The translations under genes and the position numbers were made by a program. The notes below the pieces were generated by a model that ran no database searches, was not told where the DNA came from, and was given only the letters and a program-made list of their open reading frames with translations. A stretch of 64,000 nucleotides of DNA from an uncultured virus (IMG/VR IMGVR_UViG_3300017733_000002) (lineage: Duplodnaviria > Heunggongvirae > Uroviricota > Caudoviricetes), in IMG/VR virus record IMGVR_UViG_3300017733_000002; one strand, 5' to 3'. Below, piece after piece: positions 57,101 to 64,000 of this stretch (positions within the stretch are counted from its first letter, which is position 1; every line of letters begins with the position of its first letter).

Positions 57101-59634
57101 GAGCTGATGGAATTCAAGCCATATTATCAGGATCATTAGGAGCTAGCACTTCAGTAGTGACACTACCTAATGTTATTGCAACAGGATCCGGTACAATAGC
57201 AGGATGGACTATAGATTCCGATGCAATATTTGTAGGTACAAAAGACACAAGCGGTTTTACAAGTGGCAACGGTCACATGACTATATCGTCTACAGGTGCA
57301 ATACACGCTCCAAAATTTTATATAGATAGTTCTGGTAATGTAGAATTAGAAGGAACCGTTACTGCAACTGCTGGTGCAATTGGCGGATTTACAATTGCAA
57401 ATAGTGATATTACTGGTAGTGGCGGTAAGTTAGTTACCAGCAATAGGTCAACTAATAACTTCGGAACAGGTACAACTTATAATACAACAAAAAGAGTAGA
57501 GCTTCTTCCAAGCAATATACAGATTCGTACTTATGTAGGTCATCCGCTTTCAACAAACGGAATTGATCAGTCAAGAATAATTTTTGATGCTGCTTCTACA
57601 GCATCATTTAATTTCTCTAATGGAGAGACTAATACTAAAATTAACACTGCCAAATTAAGACTAGAAAATATAGAAATTGGAAAATATGATACTAGTGACA
57701 ATTTCACCGGCAAAAGCTTGTATATAGGAGTCGGTGGTGGTAGTGTAGGCTCAATTAGAAACAATATCAATGATGCATCTTCTGCATATGCAATCATAAA
57801 GCCAGACAATACCAATGCAGGTTGGATTGTAGGACAGAAATTATCTGTAGGAACTGTTGTTGCATTTACATCTACTGTTTATCAGTCAGGTTATAGATTT
57901 AGTGTTAATGGCTCATCTTATTTTAGTGACTATCTTGTTGCACCTGGTGGCATTCATGTCGGAGGAACATCAGACCCTGGAACTGATAATCTATTTGTTG
58001 ATGGTTTCACATACTCACTTGGTGGTCTTCACGTCGGAGGAACATCAAATCCAGGAACTGATAACTTAGCTGTTGATGGTTACACATACTCACTTGGTGG
58101 TCTTAATGTTGGTGGAACATCAGATCCAGGTGATGATTGCTTACGAGTGACTGGTCACGCGACTTTTGGAAAAGATACAACAGACAGTAATACTGTTACG
58201 GTTTATGTATCCAGTAATGCAGGAGATCAAGGTATACAGTTTTTAAGAGATGATTCTTCTACAACTTCTGGTGAAGGTATGGGTGCAATAGGTTTTGATA
58301 CTATTGATGGAGGAGCACCAACAGATATTTTTAAATCATCTGCATTAATATCAGGTCATGCATCAGAGACTATGGGTACGGGTGATAAGGGTGGCCAAAT
58401 AAGATTTTACACAAAACCAACTGATGCAGATGCTTCCACCAGTGCAACTTTAAGGGGTAAATTTAATGCTTCAGGACAGCTTATATTGGAAAGCGATCTT
58501 TCAATTGTTCAAGCTAAAAAGTTTTATCTTGATGATGTTAGCAATACGTATATCCACTCTCCAGGCTCTGATCATATAGACTTTGTAGCAGGTGGAGCAA
58601 CATATCTAGCAATAGACCAAGACAATTCAAATACTGTTATTAGAGCAGATCTTTTTCTTGCAGGAAGTTCAACAACAATAGATTCCGGAGCGTATGGCTC
58701 AAATTACATAAGGCTTTTTAATAACAACGGTCACAGCTATATGGATTTCTTCGGTGGAGACATGTATTTTAGAGAAAATGGTAGTGCAGTAGGATTAATG
58801 ATTGAAGATTCTACAGCTTATGTTGGCATTGGACATTCAGATCCAAATGCTCCACTAGATGTTAGAAAGAATCAATCAAATGACGCATATATAGGTATTT
58901 TTAGAAATTCAAGTTCATCTGATTCTGGAAACTCATACATACTAAACTTATGGCATTCTCAAGAAGATTCAACAAACCAATTCGATACAGGTGAGCACTG
59001 GATTCAATTTTCAGATAATAGCGGAACATTCTTAGGAGAAATTACTAGTCGAGTGACTTATACCACATTTACAGGAGGTCACGTGTCACAAATTATAAGT
59101 GGTTCAGCTGCAGACAATGAAAATGAGATGAAAGCTTGGAAGCCTGGTATGATCGTAAAAGCAACAGGAAACTTAAATGTAACTGGAAGCACTTTAGATT
59201 TAGCTTGGCCGGAAGTTACTGTTACAACAACTCAAAAAGACAAAGCTGTAATGGGTGTCTATAGTGATATAAAGCCGGGTAGTGGTTCAAATTGGGTGGG
59301 CCCATGGAATAACAAAAGCGCAGTAAGCAGTTCTACAGGAGACTGGGGTACAGGACATAATATGCATGGTTTAGATCCTGTAAAACCAGCATTGGACTAT
59401 AATGCGGTTGGTGAAGGAATGATGTTGGTTACAGATACTAATGGAAATATAGAAACAGGCGATTATATCTGTTCATCTACAAGAACTGGTCACGGTGAAA
59501 AGCAAGACGATGACTTACTACACAATTACACAGTAGCAAAAGCTACACAGCCTTATAACTTTGCATCTGCTAGTAATGACGCAGACTTAGGCTATAAATC
59601 AGTACTAATTGCATGTACTTATCATTGTGGATAA
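48175..59634 (+). CDS. giant tail fibre (3819 aa) with Ala/Ser/Gln heptad stalk and C-terminal chaperone-like domain
   Basis: Repeated IGGW.I-type fibre motifs flank the stalk; C-terminal FTGGH...GEG...NGNIETGDYICSS...VAK...CTYHCG resembles an intramolecular chaperone (peptidase G2-like). Confidence 0.8.
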   Translation: MSKIQKTAFLQNLQDIDVFENEEGITSKYFNITDIPLELPMGKSSMLIMGSKFLKNDIVLKLELVDSLGNAVYLEPVFDYEESGGVRVGIEIYKGTAAGSATLTILGELDPTTYEGVIPPEAQGIYNVKYTRPLTINKTIANDRPIRFYKKPEVSVTEIIKGQVALTSTSTGSNVQNVGYIEGFPVPNTEGNQFTIDGDNFGEVQSYNDQVYGFSPIGNYESYDASDPRYTFKIGEADFSSSMVGGTLTITQPNALTPFQTSSNTVIPSYSSRITKVINKKTIEVQKPFGVYDSGSGFYRIAGIGSGSYQINWPKEHEYDTSSINFKSFADVRLKKLRTFSGDINRVAAYIKNNGPFSNWEKVVDTPVESPELLLDPTSMTGTSRIGVFSSDSVINTYWTATGGQFGTEESATVQTFSDNEYLSDSVFVSASAASMLDNDSNEWIKLQLKQNYSMSFIENTEYRIKAKLFCDNTNGLQNSVKAVFHMSGSAFGMSPSLSDANYGRAIAKVQFDNIADKTEQQDLEATFVPDSSGNAILQVRFTGGHWHMSQVSIKPNSDTNFSPEFIRLIAPVPPLQTRPDSLDFAFEFYDINNNKAKTVLTTIPDNPNGVEFAGENMNILGDDNMIGGSVFVGGDAIGAGIQFGGVNSTLPETGESAAEGSGFIRSVKYQGFTSASLSTDNTGFMIYSGSVLPDSGDNYSGVGLELVGESGSLRFGTKPSRFEVIADAFFVGSKNTQFISGSGGIIEISSSAFHLSSSGDVIISGSVTAVEGNIGGWQIVDNKLSGSNATLDALGSALYKSDEGPTTNPNDGYYIDFTPSDSNQYFVRFGSNFAVSSSGVLVASGAIIEGQLTASTGKIADWNIGSNTISKATNNKFTGLSSAGDTRFFAGATSLTNSGSAPFNIKSDGSITASNYRFDGDGLITGSVTVGESVTILGAISANTINTPAAGPFKATINSQGFARFVSASIGGWHVDSDSIFTGDKVTDAGYAESGSMTITGSGGIHANQFIISSSGEAFFKGELDNTAKFGGGAGGVRFNDFFETETVEGVPRIVQKPTAVLKSATGQILSANDLSGSYGEANVSASFSISASGVSIEQADISTQKAQISGQSAQSSATSATSAEGSSQTANQKAQAANTSAQSSDSSAQLSNQKAQISGQSAQSSAGSAQSSAVSATVADASASAANTAAQSSNQSAQSSATGASQSQAGATSAQQGAGVSQQGAQSAASSATTSEASAQASTQAKSDAQSAKTQAQVASQQSNQFRQGALVAKESSATSSFAARDSASFSETKAQQSNQFAQSSATSATTSEGSAQSSNSSAQTANQKAQQAASSEGVASTGAQQAASSATTSEASAQSSNQAAQSSNQSAQGANTSAQSSNQSAQSSATGASQSQAGATSSQQGASTSQQGAGVSQQGAQSAASSATTSEASAQSSATSATVADASASAANTSAQSSNTSAQSSATGASQSQAGATSAQQGASVSQQGAQSSATSAQSSAVSATVADASASAANTSAQSSNTSAQGANQSAQGANTSAQQSQAGAASAQQGASVSQQGAQSSATSATSAEGSAQSSNQSAQSSATGASQSQAGATSAQQGAQSSAGSATSAAGSATEADASASAANTSAQSSNQSAQSSATGASQSQAGATSSQQGASTSQQGAGVSQQGAQSSAASATTSEASAQSSNQSAQGASASSQVANQKAQVANQSAQSSAGSAQSSAASATVADASASAAESSAQSSNQAAQTSQSGASTAQQGASTSQAGASTAQQGASTSQAGASTSQQGAQSSAASATTSEASAQSSNQSAQGSNSSAQSSAGSATTANQKAQQATTSATGASQSAQSSAASATVADASASAAESSAQSSNQAAQTSQSGASTAQTGASQAQAGASTAQQGAQSAASSATSAEGSSQTANQKAQAANSSAQSSNSSAQSSATGASQSQAGATSAQQGAQSAQAGASTAQQGASTSQQGASTSQAGASTAQQGAQSAASSATTSEASAQSSNQAAQSSQAGASSSQQGAQNSAGSASESAQSAAQSATKASQAALQAQGAAASASAAEDAAQQAATKAQQASTAAQQASTKASDAESSAQQAAAKAQNASNSAQTAAIAATAAAASASLASTSSQQASTVATQASQIASQAAASATAAAQEAAASLASAQQSDGSAQSSSQSAQGANQSAQSSAGSATTANQKAQAANASAQSSDSSAQGAAGSATTANQKAQQASSSAQTSAVSATSANLSATEADASASVANQKAQIAQQGASTSQSGASTAQSGAATAQSGATSAQQGASSANTSAQSSAGSATTANQKAQISNQSAQSSATSATSAEGSSQTANQKAQQASASSTTANQKAQQASSSAQSSAGSATSAAGSATEADASASLANQKAQVAQQGASTAQSGAATAQSGATTSQQGAASSQSGAQSAASSATSAEGSSQTANQKAQAANSSAQGAAGSATTANQKSQDANASAQSSATGASQAQAGATSAQQGASTAQSGASTAQTGASQAQAGATSAQQGAQSSAGSATSAAGSATEAEASASLANQKAQAANASAQGAAGSETNANTSAQQAQSGASTAQTGASQAQAGAASAQTGASQAQAGASSAQQGANSSNASAQTSAVAATFSAASASVSTTSAQSSDGSAQNSAASAAESAASANTSAQSASQSATKASEAAESAQASANSASQSAGVATSAAQSASQSSSSATAAAASATTSAQEASDSAGSAATAATKSQQAATDATTASQKASQASTNATAASQSANTSAQSAAGSATSANQSATKASQASTSAAASAASASAASTSAQQASTKAQQAAVQAQNAEGEAENAAQEAADSATKAQQASASATAASQSASNSATSAANSATTAQQAASIATQAAASATAAANEAAASLSSAQSSDGSAQNANSSAQGAAQKATDATSAAQQASTKQSQASTLQSQSSTLRSQSSAISSSTNLRADGIQAILSGSLGASTSVVTLPNVIATGSGTIAGWTIDSDAIFVGTKDTSGFTSGNGHMTISSTGAIHAPKFYIDSSGNVELEGTVTATAGAIGGFTIANSDITGSGGKLVTSNRSTNNFGTGTTYNTTKRVELLPSNIQIRTYVGHPLSTNGIDQSRIIFDAASTASFNFSNGETNTKINTAKLRLENIEIGKYDTSDNFTGKSLYIGVGGGSVGSIRNNINDASSAYAIIKPDNTNAGWIVGQKLSVGTVVAFTSTVYQSGYRFSVNGSSYFSDYLVAPGGIHVGGTSDPGTDNLFVDGFTYSLGGLHVGGTSNPGTDNLAVDGYTYSLGGLNVGGTSDPGDDCLRVTGHATFGKDTTDSNTVTVYVSSNAGDQGIQFLRDDSSTTSGEGMGAIGFDTIDGGAPTDIFKSSALISGHASETMGTGDKGGQIRFYTKPTDADASTSATLRGKFNASGQLILESDLSIVQAKKFYLDDVSNTYIHSPGSDHIDFVAGGATYLAIDQDNSNTVIRADLFLAGSSTTIDSGAYGSNYIRLFNNNGHSYMDFFGGDMYFRENGSAVGLMIEDSTAYVGIGHSDPNAPLDVRKNQSNDAYIGIFRNSSSSDSGNSYILNLWHSQEDSTNQFDTGEHWIQFSDNSGTFLGEITSRVTYTTFTGGHVSQIISGSAADNENEMKAWKPGMIVKATGNLNVTGSTLDLAWPEVTVTTTQKDKAVMGVYSDIKPGSGSNWVGPWNNKSAVSSSTGDWGTGHNMHGLDPVKPALDYNAVGEGMMLVTDTNGNIETGDYICSSTRTGHGEKQDDDLLHNYTVAKATQPYNFASASNDADLGYKSVLIACTYHCG
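51481..57070 (+). repeat. degenerate 21-nt (7-aa) coding repeat array
   Basis: Units such as SAQSSNQ, GASQSQA, GATSAQQ and SATTANQ repeat continuously. Confidence 0.9.
57946..58140 (+). repeat. three 75-nt (25-aa) tandem repeats in the fibre (third partial)
   Basis: GG.HVGGTS.PGTDNL.VDG.TYSL starting at 57946, 58021 and 58096. Confidence 0.85.
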
Positions 59635-59703
59635 AATTTTTTATTTTTTAAAAAAGTTAATAAATATATATTAACAAACTAACTTAACATAAGGAGAATA
59701 CAA

Positions 59704-59991
59704 ATGGCAGTATCTAAAAAAGTCCGAATTCCTGGCACATTTAGACTAGAGGTGGGAAACCACTCTTGTGTACACGAAGATCCAGAAGGAACTTTTGGTG
59801 GCGGATATGAATCAGGTTCTGTTGAAGATTATCTCTCTAAAAGTAAGATGTGTGTTGTAGAAGCGCCTAACGGCGGTGATGACTTTGAAATTGAATGTTT
59901 CATAGTCGCACAAAACTTCTTCACAGGATTCCCATCTTACTCAGGAGATAAGAACGCAGAAGGCTGTAAAGTATACGTTGAAGAAAAGTAG
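59704..59991 (+). CDS. hypothetical protein
   Basis: TAAGGAG RBS; follows the fibre gene. Confidence 0.7.
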   Translation: MAVSKKVRIPGTFRLEVGNHSCVHEDPEGTFGGGYESGSVEDYLSKSKMCVVEAPNGGDDFEIECFIVAQNFFTGFPSYSGDKNAEGCKVYVEEK

Positions 59992-60000
59992 GAGAATACA

Positions 60001-60477
60001 ATGAAAACATCATTTGATGAAATAATCGAAGTTGTCCTACACCACGAAGGCGGATATGTAAACGATCCTAAAGATCCGGGCGGTGAAACTAATTACGGAA
60101 TATCTAAGCGTGCCTATCCAGATGTAGACATTAAAAATCTTACAGAAGATGGTGCTAAAGATATTTATAGAAGAGATTACTGGGAAAAGTATCGATGCGA
60201 TGAGCTTTCTGAAGATCTCCGACACATATATTTTGACATGTGTGTTAATATGGGTGCTGGACGTGCAACAAAAATAATGCAAGAGACAGCAAACGCTAAA
60301 GGAGCTAATCTAAAAGTAGACGGAGGCATGGGACCAAAAACAGTAGCAGCAATGCAAAACGTAGAATTAAAAAGAGTTAGAGCGTATAGAGTAAAATACT
60401 ATGCAAATCTTATCGTAAGAAAACCTGACTTAGAAAAATTCTACTACGGTTGGTTTAACAGAAGCTTAGAAGTTTAG
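60001..60477 (+). CDS. glycoside hydrolase family 108 lysozyme (endolysin)
   Basis: HEGGYVNDPKDPGGETNYGIS, FD..VN.G, VDG.MGPKT and F..GW.NR. Confidence 0.93.
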   Translation: MKTSFDEIIEVVLHHEGGYVNDPKDPGGETNYGISKRAYPDVDIKNLTEDGAKDIYRRDYWEKYRCDELSEDLRHIYFDMCVNMGAGRATKIMQETANAKGANLKVDGGMGPKTVAAMQNVELKRVRAYRVKYYANLIVRKPDLEKFYYGWFNRSLEV

Positions 60478-60487
60478 GAGAAACATA

Positions 60488-60766
60488 ATGGCATTAGAAG
60501 ACACAATAACACCAGAAGTAAGGCCTCTTGGAAGTCCTGTAGGAAGATTCGCAGAGTCTCCCCTAGCAGCAACTTCTATGGGATCTGAAACTTATGATAA
60601 TCCTGCAGATTCACTTGCAAGAGAGGGAGCATCAGTAACTGGAATACCAGGCAAAGATCCTAAAAAGCAATTTTCGCCTGTTGGAAGACACAATCAAGAA
60701 TCTAGAACATTTGGAACAGGAACACCTGCTGATTTAAGTAAAAACGATCCGTTTGGCAATCTTTAG
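60488..60766 (+). CDS. hypothetical protein
   Basis: AGGAG RBS; internal SPVGR repeat. Confidence 0.6.
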   Translation: MALEDTITPEVRPLGSPVGRFAESPLAATSMGSETYDNPADSLAREGASVTGIPGKDPKKQFSPVGRHNQESRTFGTGTPADLSKNDPFGNL

Positions 60767-60774
60767 AATAAAGA

Positions 60775-63372
60775 ATGTCAGACTACATTAAGAGGCTCGT
60801 TAATGAAGCAGTATACGGTGTAGACTGTTTAGTTTTAGATAGCACAACTATACAAGAGTTCTTAGAGTGGAGAGAAAATCTTCATGAAGTAAGTAATGTA
60901 CAGAGCGTGTATTCAGACGAAGGTTTATATGACTTTTTTATTGGGTTTAAAGACTACGAAAGAATATCAAAAGACGATGCTGCTAAAGTTATGGGCTGGC
61001 CAGTTGTAAATTACATCATAGATAACAAAGCAGATGATCCATTTTATCAGATGGATATGTTAGATGATGATGAGCTTCTAGGAAGATCAAATACTGTATC
61101 TTATGGTGGCACAATTGCTACAGGTGATAGCTCTTTAAAGACAGGTGACTATAAGTGGATGAAGCAGATGGAGGGACTTATTGATACTTTAGGCTGGGAA
61201 GTCATCGATTGGATTGGGTGTGGTGTTGATAGAAAGAGTCAGGTAGTAGTCATCCCAACTAAAGATCAAAAAGTAAACGAAGCTATAAAAATATCAGTAA
61301 GAGAAACAATAAAAAAAGTTGACAACAAGTATATTGTTTACCCTGAAAAGGGTGGAAAAAGATTAGGAACACATAGCACAAAAAAGAAAGCAATGGCACA
61401 GCTAACTGCCATAGAACTTTCTAAGAAGGGTATAAAAAAAGAATCAGATGAATACACATTTGGTCCTGACTGGATACCCACTAGTTTGTCTCAAAGAAAA
61501 AAGATGAAACGCATACACAGAAAACTAAATAGAAGTATACGAGAACAAGAAAATAATATTAAAAAAATTGTTGCTGTTTATCCTGGAAGGTTTCAACCAT
61601 TTGGTCCACATCATAAAGAAACATATGACTTCTTAAAAAAGAGATTTGATGAAGTTTATATTGCAACAAGTAATAAACAAGGAGGCAACAGACATCCTAT
61701 GAGCTTTGCACAAAAGCGAAAACATATGATAAAGATGGGAATTCCTTCAAAATCTATAGTACAAGAAAAACAGCCATATATACCTAAGGGCTTACTATCA
61801 AAGTATGATTCTGAATCAACTGCTGTGGTCTTCGCAGTTGGTGCGAAGGATGAGGGCAGACTCTCAAGTGGCAAGTACTTTAAGAAATATAGAAAAAACT
61901 ATATGAGGCTAAAAGGTTACGAAGAAAACGGTTATACTTTACAGGCGCCACATGTATCAGTAAAGGTTGGGGGACAAGAAATAAGTGGTACAACAATGAG
62001 AAAGCTTTTAGGATCAGAAAAATATGATCTAAAATTAAAAAAGAAATTTTTTAAGAAAATGTTTGGTTACTTTGATCAAAAAACATTTGATCTTTTTGTC
62101 ACGTCATTTAAAGAATCAGTAATTAAGTCACTTATAAAAGAAGGCGGCGCTTATGGACACATGGCACATCCTTTTGATGATTACGCTTTGACTTTTGGAG
62201 AATTAAAAGATATAATAGACTTAGGACTACAAGGCAGTTTAGATAAAGAAGAAGCAGTAACTGAAAAATTAGATGGTCAAAATATTATGATTTCAGCAAT
62301 AAACGGAAAAGCTGTTGCTGCTAGAAATAAGGGCGACTTAAAAAGAGGCGGAATGAGCTTAAAAGGTGTACAGGCAAAGTTTGCTAATCATATTCCTAGT
62401 GTTAGAGATGCATTTGTATTTTCAATGAGAGATATTGCAAATGCTGTAGAAAAAATGTCAAAGAAAGATCAAGTAGCACTGTTTAATAATGGTATGAACT
62501 GGGCAAATATAGAAATTATTTATCCAGAAAATTTAAATGTAATAGACTATGATGGTCCTGCAACAATAGTTTTTCACGGTATCTTAAAATATAGTGATGC
62601 ATGGGTTCCTTCTGGTGAGGTAAGATCAGGAGGAAAGAGAATAGCAGACATTATTAATAAAGTCAATAAAGGAATAAAGACTAAGTTCGCATTTAAAGGA
62701 CCAAATGTAATAAAACTACATAAACCAAAGAACTATGGAAGGCTAAGGAAAAAATATATCGGATCTTTGAACAAGTTGCAGAATATATATAGACTAAAGG
62801 ATAGTGATACCTTATCGTTATATCATCAACACTTTTGGTTAGAATATATTTTAAATGGCGCAAATTCTTCTGACTATAAAAATTTACCAGACAATGTTTT
62901 ATATCCTCTTATGAAAAGATGGGCATTCTCTGATAAAAGTTACAAAATGACTGAAATTAATAAATTAAAAGAAGACTATCCTAAGTTTGTTGACTGGGTA
63001 AGATCAACAGAAAAAATAGATCATGCAAAAATGCTTAAAGATAATATGAAACCATTCGAAGAAATATTCTTTGGAGTTGGTGCTGAAATATTAGCAAACG
63101 CCAGTAATTATCTTAGTGCAAATCCAGAAAAAACAGCAAAGAAACTAAGAGATGATCTAGATAAAGCATCAAAAGCTTTGTTAGCTAAGAAAGATTTTTC
63201 TAATATTGACAAGCTAAAAGCACAACTTAAAAAACTAAAAGCAATGCCAGCACTAAAAAAAGCTGCACCGTCAGAAGGACTAGTGTTCAAGTATAACGGC
63301 AAAGTTTATAAATTTACAGGATTCTTTGCACCAATTAATCAAATTCTAGGTTTAGAAAAATTCTCGAGGTAG
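60775..63372 (+). CDS. fusion of cytidylyltransferase-like (NMNAT/PPAT-fold) and ligase-like nucleotidyltransferase domains
   Basis: YPGRFQPFGPHH...ISGTTMR; GGAYGHMAHP...TEKLDGQN...EGLVF...YKFTG. Confidence 0.7.
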   Translation: MSDYIKRLVNEAVYGVDCLVLDSTTIQEFLEWRENLHEVSNVQSVYSDEGLYDFFIGFKDYERISKDDAAKVMGWPVVNYIIDNKADDPFYQMDMLDDDELLGRSNTVSYGGTIATGDSSLKTGDYKWMKQMEGLIDTLGWEVIDWIGCGVDRKSQVVVIPTKDQKVNEAIKISVRETIKKVDNKYIVYPEKGGKRLGTHSTKKKAMAQLTAIELSKKGIKKESDEYTFGPDWIPTSLSQRKKMKRIHRKLNRSIREQENNIKKIVAVYPGRFQPFGPHHKETYDFLKKRFDEVYIATSNKQGGNRHPMSFAQKRKHMIKMGIPSKSIVQEKQPYIPKGLLSKYDSESTAVVFAVGAKDEGRLSSGKYFKKYRKNYMRLKGYEENGYTLQAPHVSVKVGGQEISGTTMRKLLGSEKYDLKLKKKFFKKMFGYFDQKTFDLFVTSFKESVIKSLIKEGGAYGHMAHPFDDYALTFGELKDIIDLGLQGSLDKEEAVTEKLDGQNIMISAINGKAVAARNKGDLKRGGMSLKGVQAKFANHIPSVRDAFVFSMRDIANAVEKMSKKDQVALFNNGMNWANIEIIYPENLNVIDYDGPATIVFHGILKYSDAWVPSGEVRSGGKRIADIINKVNKGIKTKFAFKGPNVIKLHKPKNYGRLRKKYIGSLNKLQNIYRLKDSDTLSLYHQHFWLEYILNGANSSDYKNLPDNVLYPLMKRWAFSDKSYKMTEINKLKEDYPKFVDWVRSTEKIDHAKMLKDNMKPFEEIFFGVGAEILANASNYLSANPEKTAKKLRDDLDKASKALLAKKDFSNIDKLKAQLKKLKAMPALKKAAPSEGLVFKYNGKVYKFTGFFAPINQILGLEKFSR

Positions 63373-63374
63373 TT

Positions 63375-63914
63375 ATGAATAGTGAAGATAGAGCATTAAA
63401 AAATATTTTACGAGGAAGACCGGTTGAAAAACCTATTATGGTCGGATACGAAGGAAAAAAGCAGAAGTCTGGAGATCAAAAGAGCAGATTAACAGATATA
63501 ATGGCTGCTGCTAGAATGCCGTGGTTCTGTCCTAGCTGTAAAAAAATAATGAAAAAGAAGCTTGATAATAAAATGTGGAATTTATTTAATCATTGTTTTG
63601 AGTGTCAAATTGAAAAAGAACACGAAATGAGAACAAGAGGTGTTTTTAAGCAGTGGGAAGCAAAAAAAGTCTTAGTTAATAAAAGAAGTATTATAGAAAA
63701 TCAGATAAAAGAAATACAAGAATTTATTAACATAGGTGATACAGAAATTGTAGAACCTGTCAATGTAGATACAGGATTTGTTCACGTTGAAAAATATGAA
63801 TTAGATAGCAAAATAAAGAAAGAAGCAGAAGAAGCATTAGTATCATTAGATGCTGCGCTTACAAATGTCAACAAGACAATCAAGAAATTAGATGAAGAAC
63901 TCGAAGAAAATTAG
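63375..63914 (+). CDS. Zn-finger coiled-coil protein
   Basis: CPSC...CFEC; immediately upstream of the terminase. Confidence 0.65.
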   Translation: MNSEDRALKNILRGRPVEKPIMVGYEGKKQKSGDQKSRLTDIMAAARMPWFCPSCKKIMKKKLDNKMWNLFNHCFECQIEKEHEMRTRGVFKQWEAKKVLVNKRSIIENQIKEIQEFINIGDTEIVEPVNVDTGFVHVEKYELDSKIKKEAEEALVSLDAALTNVNKTIKKLDEELEEN

Positions 63915-64000
63915 AGACGGAATAAAACAAGAGTATGTAAAATGTGCTCTTGATCCAATATACTTCATGAAGGAGTACTGTTATATTCAGCATCCTGTCA
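63892..64000 (+). CDS. terminase large subunit, N-terminus (truncated by the window edge)
   Basis: MKNSKKIRDGIKQEYVKCALDPIYFMKEYCYIQHPV resembles the T4 gp17 N-terminus (KC..DP.YF...Y..I). Confidence 0.75.
   Translation, partial: MKNSKKIRDGIKQEYVKCALDPIYFMKEYCYIQHPV

Noticed and set aside
57070..59634. Diversity-generating retroelement targeting the fibre tip
   Set aside because: No reverse transcriptase in the window and no adenine-specific template/variable repeat pair was apparent.
1..64000. Genome-wide stop-codon reassignment
   Set aside because: Genes are intact in code 11 and TAA, TAG and TGA all end tightly coupled genes; only one internal stop (13095) was seen.
1..64000. tRNA, rRNA, integrase, transposase, intron or intein
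   Set aside because: Intergenic gaps are short with no cloverleaf seen, and no such protein motifs were recognised; covariance-model searches were not run.

Overview
This AT-rich window is a gene-dense fragment of a large lytic myovirus genome (contractile tail, distantly T4-like); almost every gene is on the + strand. From left to right: (1) 1-13 kb holds an early/accessory region with an ATP-dependent DNA ligase, an MBD4-like glycosylase, UV endonuclease UvsE, thioredoxin, a 2OG-Fe(II) oxygenase, Hsp20, a 3D-domain hydrolase, an HD hydrolase and a phage sigma factor. (2) 13-32.7 kb is a baseplate/tail module. (3) 32.7-43.3 kb is an accessory region with a 9-Cys metallothionein-like micro-ORF, a putative outer-membrane barrel, a lipoprotein, an MshEN-TM protein, holin-like proteins, several MIKLKDLL..E proteins and two secreted poly-lysine peptides. 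(4) 43.5-47.9 kb encodes a resolvase-like nuclease, primase and a fused Mre11-Rad50. (5) 48.2-59.6 kb is a 3819-aa tail fibre with about 1,860 residues of Ala/Ser/Gln heptads. (6) The end carries a GH108 lysozyme, a nucleotidyltransferase/ligase-like fusion and the start of the large terminase. Shine-Dalgarno sites, sigma70-type promoters and envelope proteins point to a diderm host. I saw no tRNA, rRNA, CRISPR array or IS element. All calls come from motifs read by eye; no database searches were run.
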